A stretch of DNA of 36,011 nucleotides, taken from NCBI GenBank assembly GCA_001772615.1, contig MEUZ01000003.1, positions 248,422 to 284,432 on the forward strand. The letters run 5' to 3'. Origin of the DNA: a candidate division WWE3 bacterium RIFCSPHIGHO2_01_FULL_40_23. GTDB lineage: Bacteria; Patescibacteriota; WWE3; UBA101185; 2-01-FULL-41-18. Positions within the stretch are counted from its first letter, which is position 1. The number at the start of each line of letters is the position of its first letter. Below are positions 9,945 to 19,855 of this stretch, piece by piece. The translations under genes and the position numbers were made by a program. The notes under the pieces are model-generated. The model did not search any database, was not told the origin of the DNA, and saw only the letters and a program-made list of their open reading frames with translations.

Positions 9945-12900
9945 ATGTTAACTGAAAAAATCCTAAAGTATAGAAGGTACATCAAATACCCGCTTCTTGG
10001 AGTGGGGTCATTTATACTCCTTTATTTGTGTGCAACAGTCCTCGTTAACTTCGTAAACGCTTTATACGCCTTAAGCTTCAAACTTCAGCCAAAAGGCTCA
10101 CCTCTAGCTTTCCGGCAAATCCTTACATCCTTAACCGAAGCCTACGTATCTTTATCCATAACCTTAACTTTTATACTTTTTCTTCTCCACCCTCTTAAGT
10201 TTCTTGAAGGACTTAAGCTTCTTATAACAAGTCTGGTTCCGCAGCTTTACCAAAAAATAAAATCCGCTATTCCAATAGCAAAAGGAAAAGCCGTTATTTT
10301 TTTGAAAGCCTCCCCAAAGGAAAAATGGAGGCTTGCGAAAAAGCCTATTTTAATAACTGCTGTTGTGTTTATTCTTTTTAAAACACTTCCACTCCTAGCT
10401 CCTCCACAAGTAATTTATGTATCTCCTGAAACGGACTCCGTTGACATACCTCTTAACACACCAATTGAAATTACATTTGACAAAGAAATGAATAAAAAAC
10501 TTTTTGAAAAAGCGCTTAAGATTAACCCTGAAGTCAAAGGTTCTTTTGAGTGGGAGGGAGGGCAAAAACTTATATTTAAACCTGATGAAAACTTCCAAAG
10601 AGGCCAAACTTACAATATAAAGCTTTCCGGAATTGTTCTTTCAAAATATTTCATCCCTCTTTTAAGATCTTTAAGTTTAAGTTTCACGACACTTGGAAAC
10701 CCCAAAGTCATCGTTGCAAGCCCTCAAACTGAAAGCCTTGAAGATCTCTCACCAGTAACAGTCATCTTTGACAGGCAGATGATCCCTCTTACAACCATAG
10801 AAAACCAAAAACTTGAATATGTTCCGTTTACTATTGAGCCTGAAATAAAAGGAGAAGGCAGATGGCTTGGAACAACGGCTTATGAGTTTCGGCCGAGTGT
10901 TACTTATAAAAAGGGTACAGCCTACAAGGTTACGGTTGCAAAAGGAACTAAATCGGAGGACGGCGGGGAGCTTAAAGAAGACTACGTATGGGAATTTGTC
11001 GGGGGCATTCCAAGAATAGAAGCGTTTTCTCCCAGCCTTGGATACCAGCACACAAGCCCAAACCCCGAAATAATAGTAACTTTTAACCAAAAAATAGACA
11101 TTACGTCCTTTCAAGAAAATCTGATTTTAAGCGATAATTTTGGAAATGAATTGCCTGGAACGGCTTACTATAACAAGTTGGATCCAAAAACTTTAATTTT
11201 TAAGCCGTATGAAACATTAAAAAGAAACGCTTCCTACCAGGTTTGGGTACTCAAAGGAACCAGGGGTGTTGAAGGCCCTGTGGGAACCGAAATAGATTAC
11301 GGCTGGAGTTTTACCGTAGCCGACACACCGGGGATTATAAACACAACTCCCGCAAACGGAGAGACAAACTCCAAAGAAATGTATGGCTTAACCGTAATGT
11401 TTAAAACCCCCATGAGCCAGGAATCGTTAAGGAATGTAAGGATATCACCCTCTCCGGATGAGAAACCAAACGTTTATTTCAGCACCTATAATAATTCTTT
11501 AATTATAGACACCTTTCTAGCAAGATCCCAAAAATACACCGTGACAGTCCCCGGAAGCGCCACAGATCAGCACGGAACCCCTCTTGGAAAGGACTACACC
11601 TTCTCTTTCACAACGGCGCCTTATGATCCTTCAATTGCTCTTTTGCCCGGGGGATACTACTTTGCGGCTTTCAATCAGGAAATAACTCCAAGAATTGTAT
11701 CAACAGTCACAAACGCATTTAAGGTTGATTACAGTGTTTATGAACTTCCTAAAAATGAACTTCTTTACTTATATAAACTCCAATACGATTATAGTTTTAG
11801 AACTTCGGTTTGCGGGAATGACTACAACTGCGGAAACTGGCAAAAATATGATACTTCCAAACTTAAGTTGATAAACAGATGGAGTCATGAGATAGATTCA
11901 GATAATAATGTCCCGGTAAATATAGTAACAAAAGTAACCGATCCAAACGGAAACAACTTGCCTCCCGGTACTTACTTTTTGGACGCAAGGATCCAGGACG
12001 GCTCACATGATAATCTCGTAATGCTAATTTCCCAGTCTTCCCTCACCGTTAAACAAAGTCCAGGCCAAATACTTGTATGGTCCGTGAACCAGTCTTCCGG
12101 GGAGCCTGTTTCAGACATGGAAATAGAAGCGTTAAATATGGAAGGTAAAAGTCTTGTAATGGGTAAAACCGACGCGAACGGCGTCTTTATTAAAGACGTT
12201 AATCTGGAAGCAGAGACAAGCGAAGGCAAAAGATCAAACCTTTTGATAATGGGAAAGAAAGGTTCGGATACGGTTATTTCCTCGGTGGCATGGGATAGCG
12301 GGATCACAACTTCCGACTTTGGTTTGCCAGGCTATTATTACTATGCACCCCAAACAGGTGAAACCTATAAACTTCATCTTGCGCTTGACAATCCTATTTA
12401 TAGACCCGATCAAACCGTATATTTCAGGGGAGTAGTTAAAAAAGACAGCGATGGAAAATTTGAAGCTTTAAAACCCGGAGAGGTTGTATCAATTTCAGTT
12501 AAGGATGTTAATAATTCAGAAATATACACAACAAAAGTCCCTGTAAATTCCTTTGGATCTTTTAACGGTAGCTTTCCGTTAGGAAGCGAAGCGGCTCTTG
12601 GCTACTATTCAATTTCCGCTTCCTACCAAAAAAATTCCTTTGCTCAAAGCTTTCAAGTGGAAGAGTACAGAAAACCTGAATTCCTAATTAAAATTGAGCC
12701 CTCCAAAGATTCGTATATAAACGGCGAAGCGGTAAAAGTAAATATTAACGGCTCTTATTACTTCGGCGCTCCTATACCAAACACAACAGTTAACTGGAAA
12801 GTAAAAAGAGGAGGTTTTATTTTCACTTGGAATAAAGACTTAGGTTTTGATTTTTCAAATGATGACTCCTACCTTTACAGAAGGTGGTCATACTACGGCT

Positions 12901-15900
12901 ATGATGGACCGGAGATGGAACTGGTAACTGAAGGAGAAGGTGTTACCGATGCCAGAGGAGATTTCATGGTGATAGTACCCATCAACATTGCAAAATACGG
13001 GGAATCACAACGAATTCAGGTTGAAGCTTCAATACAGGACCCAAGCAACCAGGTAATAGGAGGATCAAAAGAATTCACAATCCACATGGGAGAGTATTAC
13101 ATAGGACTAAAGCCTCTTAACTATGTAAACACTCCAAATCAAAATGCCGGCTTTGAGGTTGTTACGGTAGATAAAAACGGAAATGAAATAGGTGACAAAG
13201 ATATTAATGTTTCCATATATAAAAGGACATGGACCTCAATTAAAGAAAAAGATCCAGAAGACGGGCAGTTTTACTGGGTCAGTAAGCCAAACGATAAGCT
13301 AGTGGAAACTAAAAAAGTAAAAACCGATGCCTATGGCAAAGCACAGTCTTCTTTTGTTCCTAAAGAAGGCGGGGTTTATAGGATTGTTGCAGATGCAAGC
13401 GACAAGCTTGGGAATAAGATAAAGTCGGCAAGCTATGTGTGGGTGTATGGAGAAGGATTTGAGGGAATGAAGGAAAATAACGACAGAATTTCCATAGTCA
13501 CAGACAAAAAAGAATATTTTGCGGGCGAAGATGTTTCAGTTTTTGCGGCGTCTCCTTATAACAAACCTTATAAATCCCTCTTCACTGTTGAAAGAGGAAA
13601 AGTCATTGATTACTTTATTTCTGAAACCGGAGGGGATGCTAAAAACTTAAGTATAAAAATTAAAGATTCTTACACTCCTAATGTCTTTATCGGTGTAGTT
13701 GTACCAAAGGGTGGAAGTACAGTTAAAGATCCCCCGGAATTTAAAATGGGGTATGCGCAAATCATGGTTACGGATAAGAAAAACAAGCTTACCCTTGAAA
13801 TAAAAACGGACAAGGAAACCTATCTTCCTGGGGAAACTATGAAAGCGGATATTTTAGTAAAGGATCTTTCCGGAAAAGGGAGGAAAGCCGAAATGCTTTT
13901 TGCGGCATCAGACAAGGCAATCTGGGATTTATCAAACGTTACATTTACCGACATATACACTAACTTTTATCAACCAAAATATAACAGCGTCTTAACATCC
14001 AACCTTCTTACTATCTCAATGGATAGAATTAACGCAAATACCGATCTTGGGGCTAAAGGCGGAAGCGGTGGCGGAGGAGCTGGAGGTCCTCTTTTTGAGA
14101 CAAGCCGAAAAGACTTTCCAAAATCCGCTTATTGGAATCCAAACTTAACAACCGATGAAAACGGAAAGGCACATATTGAAGTAAAGCTTCCTGACAGCTT
14201 AACTACATGGAAGTTATTTGCAGTTTCAAACACGGACGGGGCAGGCTTTGGAGAAAGTTCAAAAGAGGTCATTGTCAGTAAAGACATAATTATAAGGCCA
14301 TTCCTCCCAAGATTTTTATCAAACGGGGATAAAGCAAAGATGGGCGCCATAATACTTAACAGAACAGACAAAACTTTTAGCGGAACCGTTGAAGTAAAAT
14401 CCGAAAATATAAGCATTAAAGAAAATACTGTAAAAAGCATCAGGATAAATGAAGGCGAGCAGGTAAAAATAGTATGGGACGCAACTGCTGTTGACGCAAA
14501 GGAAGCGAAGATAGGTTTTCAGGTAAAAGATTTGGAAAATAAAGTCAGGGACGCAATTGAGTCAACGCTTCCCATAGCCTCTTATTACACTCCTGAAACT
14601 GTAGCAGCCGCGGGCCTAATACCAAATATTAAAGATGAAAAAATATTAATCCCCGAGGACACAGTCTCAAACAGAGGGTCACTAAAAGTTACCCTTAGCC
14701 CAAGCCTTGGGGCATCGGAGCTTTTATCCGTAAATTATCTTTACGATTATCCGTATGAATGCGGTGAACAGCTGACAAGCAAACTTCTTTCGTTTCTGGA
14801 AATAGTAAAGGTGATGAAAGATGCAAACATTGAAAACCTTGAAACTATAAATAAAGGAAAACTTGAAGAAGCTATAAACAAAAAACTTCAGGATATATAC
14901 AACTCTCAAAACCCCGACGGAGGATGGGGTTGGTGGGTCAGCGAATATAAAACAAGCGACACGTTTATAACTGCTTACACTTATTACATGCTACTTAGAG
15001 CAAAAGAGTATGGGTATGATGTCCCCGAAAATAGCGTGAAGAGAGCCGAAAACCTCTTATTAACCAGACTTTCACAGGCAAATATCAGAAACGTAAGAGA
15101 GCCGCTTTCAAACGACCTCCAAGCTTATGTTTTGTATGTGTTAAGGGATAAATCCAAACTTAGCGGGTACGCTTCAAACCTTTTTAACGTAAGGTTTAGT
15201 ATGTCCATAGAAGGAAGAGCCAGACTTGCCATGGCATTAAGAGAAATACCCGGAAAAAGAGGAGACGCCCATAGACTTAAGAATGAGGTGCTAAGCCTAG
15301 TTAAAAAGACTGCAACAACCTCACACTGGGAGGAAAGATCCCCTAGCTATTACCTGATGGGCAGTGATACGGGAACAACGGCTACTGTAACGAAAATGCT
15401 CATTAAATTTAACAAGAACAACCCACTTATAGATGAATCCATAAGGTACATAGCAAACGCGCGAAAGAAAGGGTATTGGAACACAACAATCTCAACGGCA
15501 TACGTTTTGGAAACCATCTCCGATTACATTAAATCAAGAAGAAACGCCAATCTTAATGAAACATACAACATTTCTCTTAATGATCAAAACAAAGCGGAGG
15601 GAAAGTTTGAAAAGAAAGATCTTTTAAAAGTTATGGTTCATGAGATAACTATGAATGATTTTAATAAAGGGTCAGAAAACACCTTGAGACTTGAAAGGAG
15701 AGGCAGTGGAAATCTTTACTATAACCTTGACCTTAAATACTACCTGCCGTTCACCGAAGTGAAGCCTGTTGAGCAGGGCTTTACCGTAATAAGGGAATTT
15801 ATAGATAACAACGGGAAAATTTTAACGGGAGGTAAAATAAAGGAAGGGGAAGAATACTGGGTAAGACTAATCGTAGCTTCTCCCGCAAATAGACATCATG

Positions 15901-16232
15901 TGGTTTTAGAGGATCCCCTGCCCGCAGGCACCGAATCAATTAATGAAAGTCTTAAAAACACAGTAGCCTTAAGCCCTGAAAAGCCCAAAGTTAAAGCCAG
16001 AGGTGAGGTTAACCCATACAGCAATTATTACTTTTATCATAAAGAATTTAGAGACGATAGAACTGTTCTTTTTGCAGAATACCTTCCAAAGGGAGTATAT
16101 GAGGTCATGTATAAAGTAAGATCAACAACTCCCGGCAATTATCACCATCCGCCCGCGCAGGCTTACGAAATGTACGCACCTGATATTCTCGGCCATTCAT
16201 CAGGCGGTCTCCTAGAGGTCCTCCCCAGGTAA
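9945..16232 (+). CDS. Bacterial alpha-2-macroglobulin with N-terminal TM segments and several Ig-like (Big_5-type) domains
   Basis: MG motifs (DNPIYRPDQTVYFRG, FQVEEYRKPEF, LPDSLTTW, PRFLSNGD), thioester YPYECGEQ (CGEQ at 14760-14771), QNPDGGWGWW, C-terminal EDPLPAG...PPAQAYEMYAP. Confidence 0.95.
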   Translation: MLTEKILKYRRYIKYPLLGVGSFILLYLCATVLVNFVNALYALSFKLQPKGSPLAFRQILTSLTEAYVSLSITLTFILFLLHPLKFLEGLKLLITSLVPQLYQKIKSAIPIAKGKAVIFLKASPKEKWRLAKKPILITAVVFILFKTLPLLAPPQVIYVSPETDSVDIPLNTPIEITFDKEMNKKLFEKALKINPEVKGSFEWEGGQKLIFKPDENFQRGQTYNIKLSGIVLSKYFIPLLRSLSLSFTTLGNPKVIVASPQTESLEDLSPVTVIFDRQMIPLTTIENQKLEYVPFTIEPEIKGEGRWLGTTAYEFRPSVTYKKGTAYKVTVAKGTKSEDGGELKEDYVWEFVGGIPRIEAFSPSLGYQHTSPNPEIIVTFNQKIDITSFQENLILSDNFGNELPGTAYYNKLDPKTLIFKPYETLKRNASYQVWVLKGTRGVEGPVGTEIDYGWSFTVADTPGIINTTPANGETNSKEMYGLTVMFKTPMSQESLRNVRISPSPDEKPNVYFSTYNNSLIIDTFLARSQKYTVTVPGSATDQHGTPLGKDYTFSFTTAPYDPSIALLPGGYYFAAFNQEITPRIVSTVTNAFKVDYSVYELPKNELLYLYKLQYDYSFRTSVCGNDYNCGNWQKYDTSKLKLINRWSHEIDSDNNVPVNIVTKVTDPNGNNLPPGTYFLDARIQDGSHDNLVMLISQSSLTVKQSPGQILVWSVNQSSGEPVSDMEIEALNMEGKSLVMGKTDANGVFIKDVNLEAETSEGKRSNLLIMGKKGSDTVISSVAWDSGITTSDFGLPGYYYYAPQTGETYKLHLALDNPIYRPDQTVYFRGVVKKDSDGKFEALKPGEVVSISVKDVNNSEIYTTKVPVNSFGSFNGSFPLGSEAALGYYSISASYQKNSFAQSFQVEEYRKPEFLIKIEPSKDSYINGEAVKVNINGSYYFGAPIPNTTVNWKVKRGGFIFTWNKDLGFDFSNDDSYLYRRWSYYGYDGPEMELVTEGEGVTDARGDFMVIVPINIAKYGESQRIQVEASIQDPSNQVIGGSKEFTIHMGEYYIGLKPLNYVNTPNQNAGFEVVTVDKNGNEIGDKDINVSIYKRTWTSIKEKDPEDGQFYWVSKPNDKLVETKKVKTDAYGKAQSSFVPKEGGVYRIVADASDKLGNKIKSASYVWVYGEGFEGMKENNDRISIVTDKKEYFAGEDVSVFAASPYNKPYKSLFTVERGKVIDYFISETGGDAKNLSIKIKDSYTPNVFIGVVVPKGGSTVKDPPEFKMGYAQIMVTDKKNKLTLEIKTDKETYLPGETMKADILVKDLSGKGRKAEMLFAASDKAIWDLSNVTFTDIYTNFYQPKYNSVLTSNLLTISMDRINANTDLGAKGGSGGGGAGGPLFETSRKDFPKSAYWNPNLTTDENGKAHIEVKLPDSLTTWKLFAVSNTDGAGFGESSKEVIVSKDIIIRPFLPRFLSNGDKAKMGAIILNRTDKTFSGTVEVKSENISIKENTVKSIRINEGEQVKIVWDATAVDAKEAKIGFQVKDLENKVRDAIESTLPIASYYTPETVAAAGLIPNIKDEKILIPEDTVSNRGSLKVTLSPSLGASELLSVNYLYDYPYECGEQLTSKLLSFLEIVKVMKDANIENLETINKGKLEEAINKKLQDIYNSQNPDGGWGWWVSEYKTSDTFITAYTYYMLLRAKEYGYDVPENSVKRAENLLLTRLSQANIRNVREPLSNDLQAYVLYVLRDKSKLSGYASNLFNVRFSMSIEGRARLAMALREIPGKRGDAHRLKNEVLSLVKKTATTSHWEERSPSYYLMGSDTGTTATVTKMLIKFNKNNPLIDESIRYIANARKKGYWNTTISTAYVLETISDYIKSRRNANLNETYNISLNDQNKAEGKFEKKDLLKVMVHEITMNDFNKGSENTLRLERRGSGNLYYNLDLKYYLPFTEVKPVEQGFTVIREFIDNNGKILTGGKIKEGEEYWVRLIVASPANRHHVVLEDPLPAGTESINESLKNTVALSPEKPKVKARGEVNPYSNYYFYHKEFRDDRTVLFAEYLPKGVYEVMYKVRSTTPGNYHHPPAQAYEMYAPDILGHSSGGLLEVLPR

Positions 16233-16286
16233 GCAGAATGATGCTGTAAGCCCTAAGTAAAGTAGTGGATGCAATTCTGACTGTAG

Positions 16287-16312
16287 TGTCATCCCCGCAA
16301 AAGCGGGGATCT
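16287..16312 (+). repeat. TGTC-tagged REP-like palindrome
   Basis: TGTC-ATCCCCGC-AAAA-GCGGGGAT-CT, perfect 8-bp stem. Confidence 0.85.
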
Positions 16313-16378
16313 CGCCGGATTTGCGCCGAACCCATCCGTGTGGTAAATTCCCTACGCTGGCGTGTAGATCCAGCCTTT

Positions 16379-17953
16379 ATGCTATTTCCGTGGCTTCCGA
16401 TATTTGATATTTTTAATATTAGGGCAAACTTTAAGAAGCCCATAGATATTGAGAGCGTTCAAACAAGAAATGACGACTTTACTCTTCTTATACCCATATT
16501 CAATGATATAAACAGGCTTACCAATGTAGACTTTCTTAAAAAATATAGGGACAAAGTTATACTTTGCACCACCACTAACGAAACTCCCGAATTCTTAAGT
16601 TCTTTAAAAAAACTGTGCGACAAATATGGGTTTAAAGCAACGTACTCTGATATAAACACGGGGAAAAAGAACCCCTGGACTATTTATAATAAAACTCTCC
16701 TTGCTCACGACGTAGTTTTAAGAGAAAGCATCTCCACTATAAGCTCAGAGTACGTAATATTCATGGATGGTGACACTTATGTGGATGGAGACCTGGAAGT
16801 TTTAACCGGCGCTCTGGAGGAGAAAGGGTATGACATTGCTTCAGTAAAAGTTCTCCCTTCAAAAAGGAAAACTCTCATAGAAAAACTCCAGGGTGTTGAG
16901 TATGACATTGCAATGCAGGCGAGATTAATATACCCATGGCTGACAAGCGGCGCGGGTATGGTTGCCAAAAGATCGATTATGGTGAGTACAATGAAAAATC
17001 ACTCATTGTTTTTTGACGGAGGCGATATTGAAATAGGGGAGCTTTCCGACATGATGGGTTATAAAGTTGGTCATATACCAATGATTTTCTACACAGAGGT
17101 ACCCCACACTGTTTCCGCCTGGATAAAACAGAGATTTTCATGGATGTGCGGAATGTTTCGACATTCCATCGTTAACATTGAGCATAACCTAAAACACCCT
17201 TTCCACTTCATTTACTACTCATTCATCATCTACTTTCTTCTTCCCTCCAAAATAATAGAAATTTTCAGGCACTGGTATCTCTTGCCTTTTATTATCCTTC
17301 TATACACTGTCATCACATACATAACCAACTGGAAAGTAAGAAGCAGATGGATGCTTTTATTTCCCTTTTATGCGCTGTTTCAGGTTTTGGTTCTTGTATG
17401 GTTTGGTGTATACAGGTACATTCAAACGATTTTCAGAAGCAAAAATATAGGAAGAATAAAAATGAAACACAACCCTAATAACATCTCATTCTTTCATCCT
17501 GAGTATGCGATAAACAATATTTCAAGTTATTTTATAGCTCTGTCCTCAACATTTCTCCTGATTATGGCTACAAACGGGTTTGCCCAAACATCCATTCTGG
17601 GAAGAAGATATGAAGCAACTGAACTTGCCCTTGAAATTACTGATTTTACAGCTTCCAAAACAGGGGAAACTCTCGCTTTCATATTTCCTGGGAAAGAAGA
17701 AGGCAGTGTGGCAGGATTTAAATCCGAAAGCTATGACGGAGTTTATGATATAAAAACAACGGGCAAAGATAATCTGCAGATTGCATCTGAAGCTATTGAC
17801 CTTTTCGGCAAAGAGTACAATGTAAAACTCACACAAGAAATAAAGGATATAGCGATGAAAGAGCTAATAAATGATCCCGGTTTTCCTAAAATCTCACAAG
17901 AAAGTGAAAACGTGCAAATAGCTAAAGAACTTATAAAAAAACATATCACTTAA
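16379..17953 (+). CDS. Family 2 glycosyltransferase, processive synthase-like, with C-terminal TM helices
   Basis: LLIPIFND start of the GT-A fold, DxD (IFMDGDT), Q..EY, GGD at the TED-equivalent position, QRFSW as a QxxRW variant, then TM helices. ATG 16379 preferred because the longer frame runs through the REP palindrome. Confidence 0.85.
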   Translation: MLFPWLPIFDIFNIRANFKKPIDIESVQTRNDDFTLLIPIFNDINRLTNVDFLKKYRDKVILCTTTNETPEFLSSLKKLCDKYGFKATYSDINTGKKNPWTIYNKTLLAHDVVLRESISTISSEYVIFMDGDTYVDGDLEVLTGALEEKGYDIASVKVLPSKRKTLIEKLQGVEYDIAMQARLIYPWLTSGAGMVAKRSIMVSTMKNHSLFFDGGDIEIGELSDMMGYKVGHIPMIFYTEVPHTVSAWIKQRFSWMCGMFRHSIVNIEHNLKHPFHFIYYSFIIYFLLPSKIIEIFRHWYLLPFIILLYTVITYITNWKVRSRWMLLFPFYALFQVLVLVWFGVYRYIQTIFRSKNIGRIKMKHNPNNISFFHPEYAINNISSYFIALSSTFLLIMATNGFAQTSILGRRYEATELALEITDFTASKTGETLAFIFPGKEEGSVAGFKSESYDGVYDIKTTGKDNLQIASEAIDLFGKEYNVKLTQEIKDIAMKELINDPGFPKISQESENVQIAKELIKKHIT

Positions 17954-17985
17954 CTTTATTTTGATATCACTTTATTATCTAAACT

Positions 17986-19014
17986 ATGGAGAAAGAAAAT
18001 CCGCTTCTTACATACATCATACTCTCGGCGTGTATTCTTTTTTTAATATTCTGGTATATGATAGATACCGACATTATTCCAAATATCACCACGGCTGAAA
18101 CCAAACAACTAAATAAAACTAAAGTTATCGGCACCTGGCTTTGGAAAAACCCTGATGAAATATCAAAGGCAGGAACTTTAAAGCTTCTTGATTTTGCCGC
18201 TGAAAATGATATTAATACCGTTTACGTCAGTATTGATAAATATATCTATCTGCACGAGCTTAAAGAAGGAGATGAAAAAGATAAAAAACTTGAAAGTTTT
18301 AACTCCTCGGTCGGCTATTTCATCAGAGAGTCAAATAAAAGAGGGATTAAGGTTGAAGCTCTTATAGGAAATAACAGATGGTCCGAAGAAAATTTATCTT
18401 ATATACCACAAGTTGTGTTGGAATATATTAAAGATTACAATAACCTAAACCCCGAAGCAAAATTTGCAGGACTTCAGCTTGACATAGAGTTTTACAACAA
18501 AGAAGGCCTGAAAGATCCGGTAAAAGAAGGCATGGAATTTCTAACACTTCTTAAAAATCTCACGGATAAAATAAAAGAGCTCAAAAGTGCTAAGGAAAAT
18601 AAAGACTTTAGATTTGGAACTACAGTCCCTTTCTGGTTTGATGAAAAATCACAGTCAATTCCCATTGAGGGCGGCAGTGCTAAACCTATCCTCTATCATA
18701 TCTTTGATATCTTAAATGAAACCGAGGATAGCTACATAGTTATTATGGCGTACAGAAACTTCACAAGCGGGTGGAACGGCTCAATATCCATTTCGGAAAA
18801 AGAGGTTGATTATTCCTCAAAAGAAAACCTAAAAGTTAAAGTAATAGTCGGACAGGAAACTGCGGAAAATGAAGTAAAAAAGATAACGTACTTTGGCAAA
18901 TCCAAATCAAGCTTTCTTGCAAGTTTAAACAGAATTATTAAACACTTTGAGGGTTATTCCGGCTTTGAAGGGATCGCAATACACCATCTGGAAAGCTTTT
19001 CTAAAATGCGTTAA
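17986..19014 (+). CDS. Membrane-anchored putative TIM-barrel glycoside hydrolase-like protein
   Basis: N-terminal TM; alternating beta/alpha pattern with GTWLW, GLQLDIEFY (DxE), IMAYRN, VGQET, GIAIHH; follows the GT2 gene. Family assignment is inference. Confidence 0.6.
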   Translation: MEKENPLLTYIILSACILFLIFWYMIDTDIIPNITTAETKQLNKTKVIGTWLWKNPDEISKAGTLKLLDFAAENDINTVYVSIDKYIYLHELKEGDEKDKKLESFNSSVGYFIRESNKRGIKVEALIGNNRWSEENLSYIPQVVLEYIKDYNNLNPEAKFAGLQLDIEFYNKEGLKDPVKEGMEFLTLLKNLTDKIKELKSAKENKDFRFGTTVPFWFDEKSQSIPIEGGSAKPILYHIFDILNETEDSYIVIMAYRNFTSGWNGSISISEKEVDYSSKENLKVKVIVGQETAENEVKKITYFGKSKSSFLASLNRIIKHFEGYSGFEGIAIHHLESFSKMR

Positions 19015-19029
19015 TCTTAAAGTTAATTT

Positions 19030-19599
19030 ATGGAAGAAAATAAATCTGAAAATCTGGAAGAAGCTGTTTTTGGGGGAGGGTGCTTTTGGTGCGTTGAAGC
19101 AACTTACCAAAGACTAAAGGGTATTTACTCCGTTGAGTCGGGATATTCAGGTGGTGAAACAGAAAACCCAAAGTATGAGGAGGTAAGCCGTGGAGACAGC
19201 GGACACGCCGAGGTAATCCTGATAAAGTTTAACCCCAGAGAGATTCCTTACAGAACTCTTCTTGATGTATTCTTTGATGTTCATGACCCAACAACCCTAA
19301 ACAGGCAGGGAAATGACGTAGGGACGCAGTACAGATCTGTAATTTTTTACACAAATGAAAAGCAGATGCGTGAAGCCATGAAAAAGATTGAAGAATTAAA
19401 CAAAGGCTCCGAACCTGGAAAGCCTATAACCACTTCTTTAGAACCATTCAGGGGATTTTACAAAGCCGAAAGTTACCATCAAAACTACTTTAACAATAAT
19501 CCTGGTAACGCTTACTGCAGTATTGTAATCGTTCCTAAACTTAAAAAATTCAGAGAAAAGTACGCCTCCTTTTTAGATCCCCGATTAGATCGGGGATGA
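19030..19599 (+). CDS. msrA: Peptide-methionine (S)-S-oxide reductase
   Basis: GGGCFWC active site, GYSGG, GHAE, HDPTTLNRQGNDVGTQYRS, AESYHQNY, resolving AYC. Confidence 0.97.
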   Translation: MEENKSENLEEAVFGGGCFWCVEATYQRLKGIYSVESGYSGGETENPKYEEVSRGDSGHAEVILIKFNPREIPYRTLLDVFFDVHDPTTLNRQGNDVGTQYRSVIFYTNEKQMREAMKKIEELNKGSEPGKPITTSLEPFRGFYKAESYHQNYFNNNPGNAYCSIVIVPKLKKFREKYASFLDPRLDRG

Positions 19600-19690
19600 C
19601 AGGTCCAAATTGTCATTCCTGTGAAAACAGGAATCTAGGATTAGATCCTGAATCAAGTTCAGGATGACATGAGTCTGGTCTAGAATGACA
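19574..19690. repeat. Cluster of three REP-like palindromes plus a remnant, alternating orientation
   Basis: ATCCCCGAT-TAG-ATCGGGGAT-GACA (19577-19601); TGTC-ATTCCTGT-GAAA-ACAGGAAT (19611-19634); ATCCTGAA-TCAAG-TTCAGGAT-GACA (19645-19669); remnant AGAATGACA to 19690. Confidence 0.88.
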
Positions 19691-19699
19691 AAGAAGACA

Positions 19700-19840
19700 C
19701 TACTTCTTCTCAATATGCTTCCAAAGCCAAATACCAACTAACACAAGGTCAAAAAGAACAATAGCCCACAACAAAACACCCAAAACAGGGCCAAGACCGT
19801 CCATCATGCCGGAGTATCCGTATCCTCCAAATCCCATCAT
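19700..19840 (-). CDS. 46-aa single-TM small protein, Met/Gly-rich N-terminus (absent from ORF track)
   Basis: Manual translation MMGFGGYGYSGMMDGLGPVLGVLLWAIVLFDLVLVGIWLWKHIEKK*; strong SD AAGGAGGTG 7 nt upstream; directly downstream of the DsbA-like gene. Confidence 0.85.
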   Translation of the reverse strand: MMGFGGYGYSGMMDGLGPVLGVLLWAIVLFDLVLVGIWLWKHIEKK

Positions 19841-19855
19841 TAACTGTCACCTCCT

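Noticed and set aside
16246-16258. TAAGCCCTAAG resembling the pistol ribozyme core
   Set aside because: The complementary upstream UUAGGGC pseudoknot strand and P1 hairpin are absent.
16265-16378. Longer GTG start for the GT2 gene
   Set aside because: The extension translates a REP palindrome and GC-rich spacer with no GT2-like sequence; ATG 16379 is preferred, though the longer start is not excluded.
19574-19690. Palindrome cluster as a CRISPR array
   Set aside because: Units alternate in orientation, differ in sequence, lack uniform unique spacers, and no cas genes are present.
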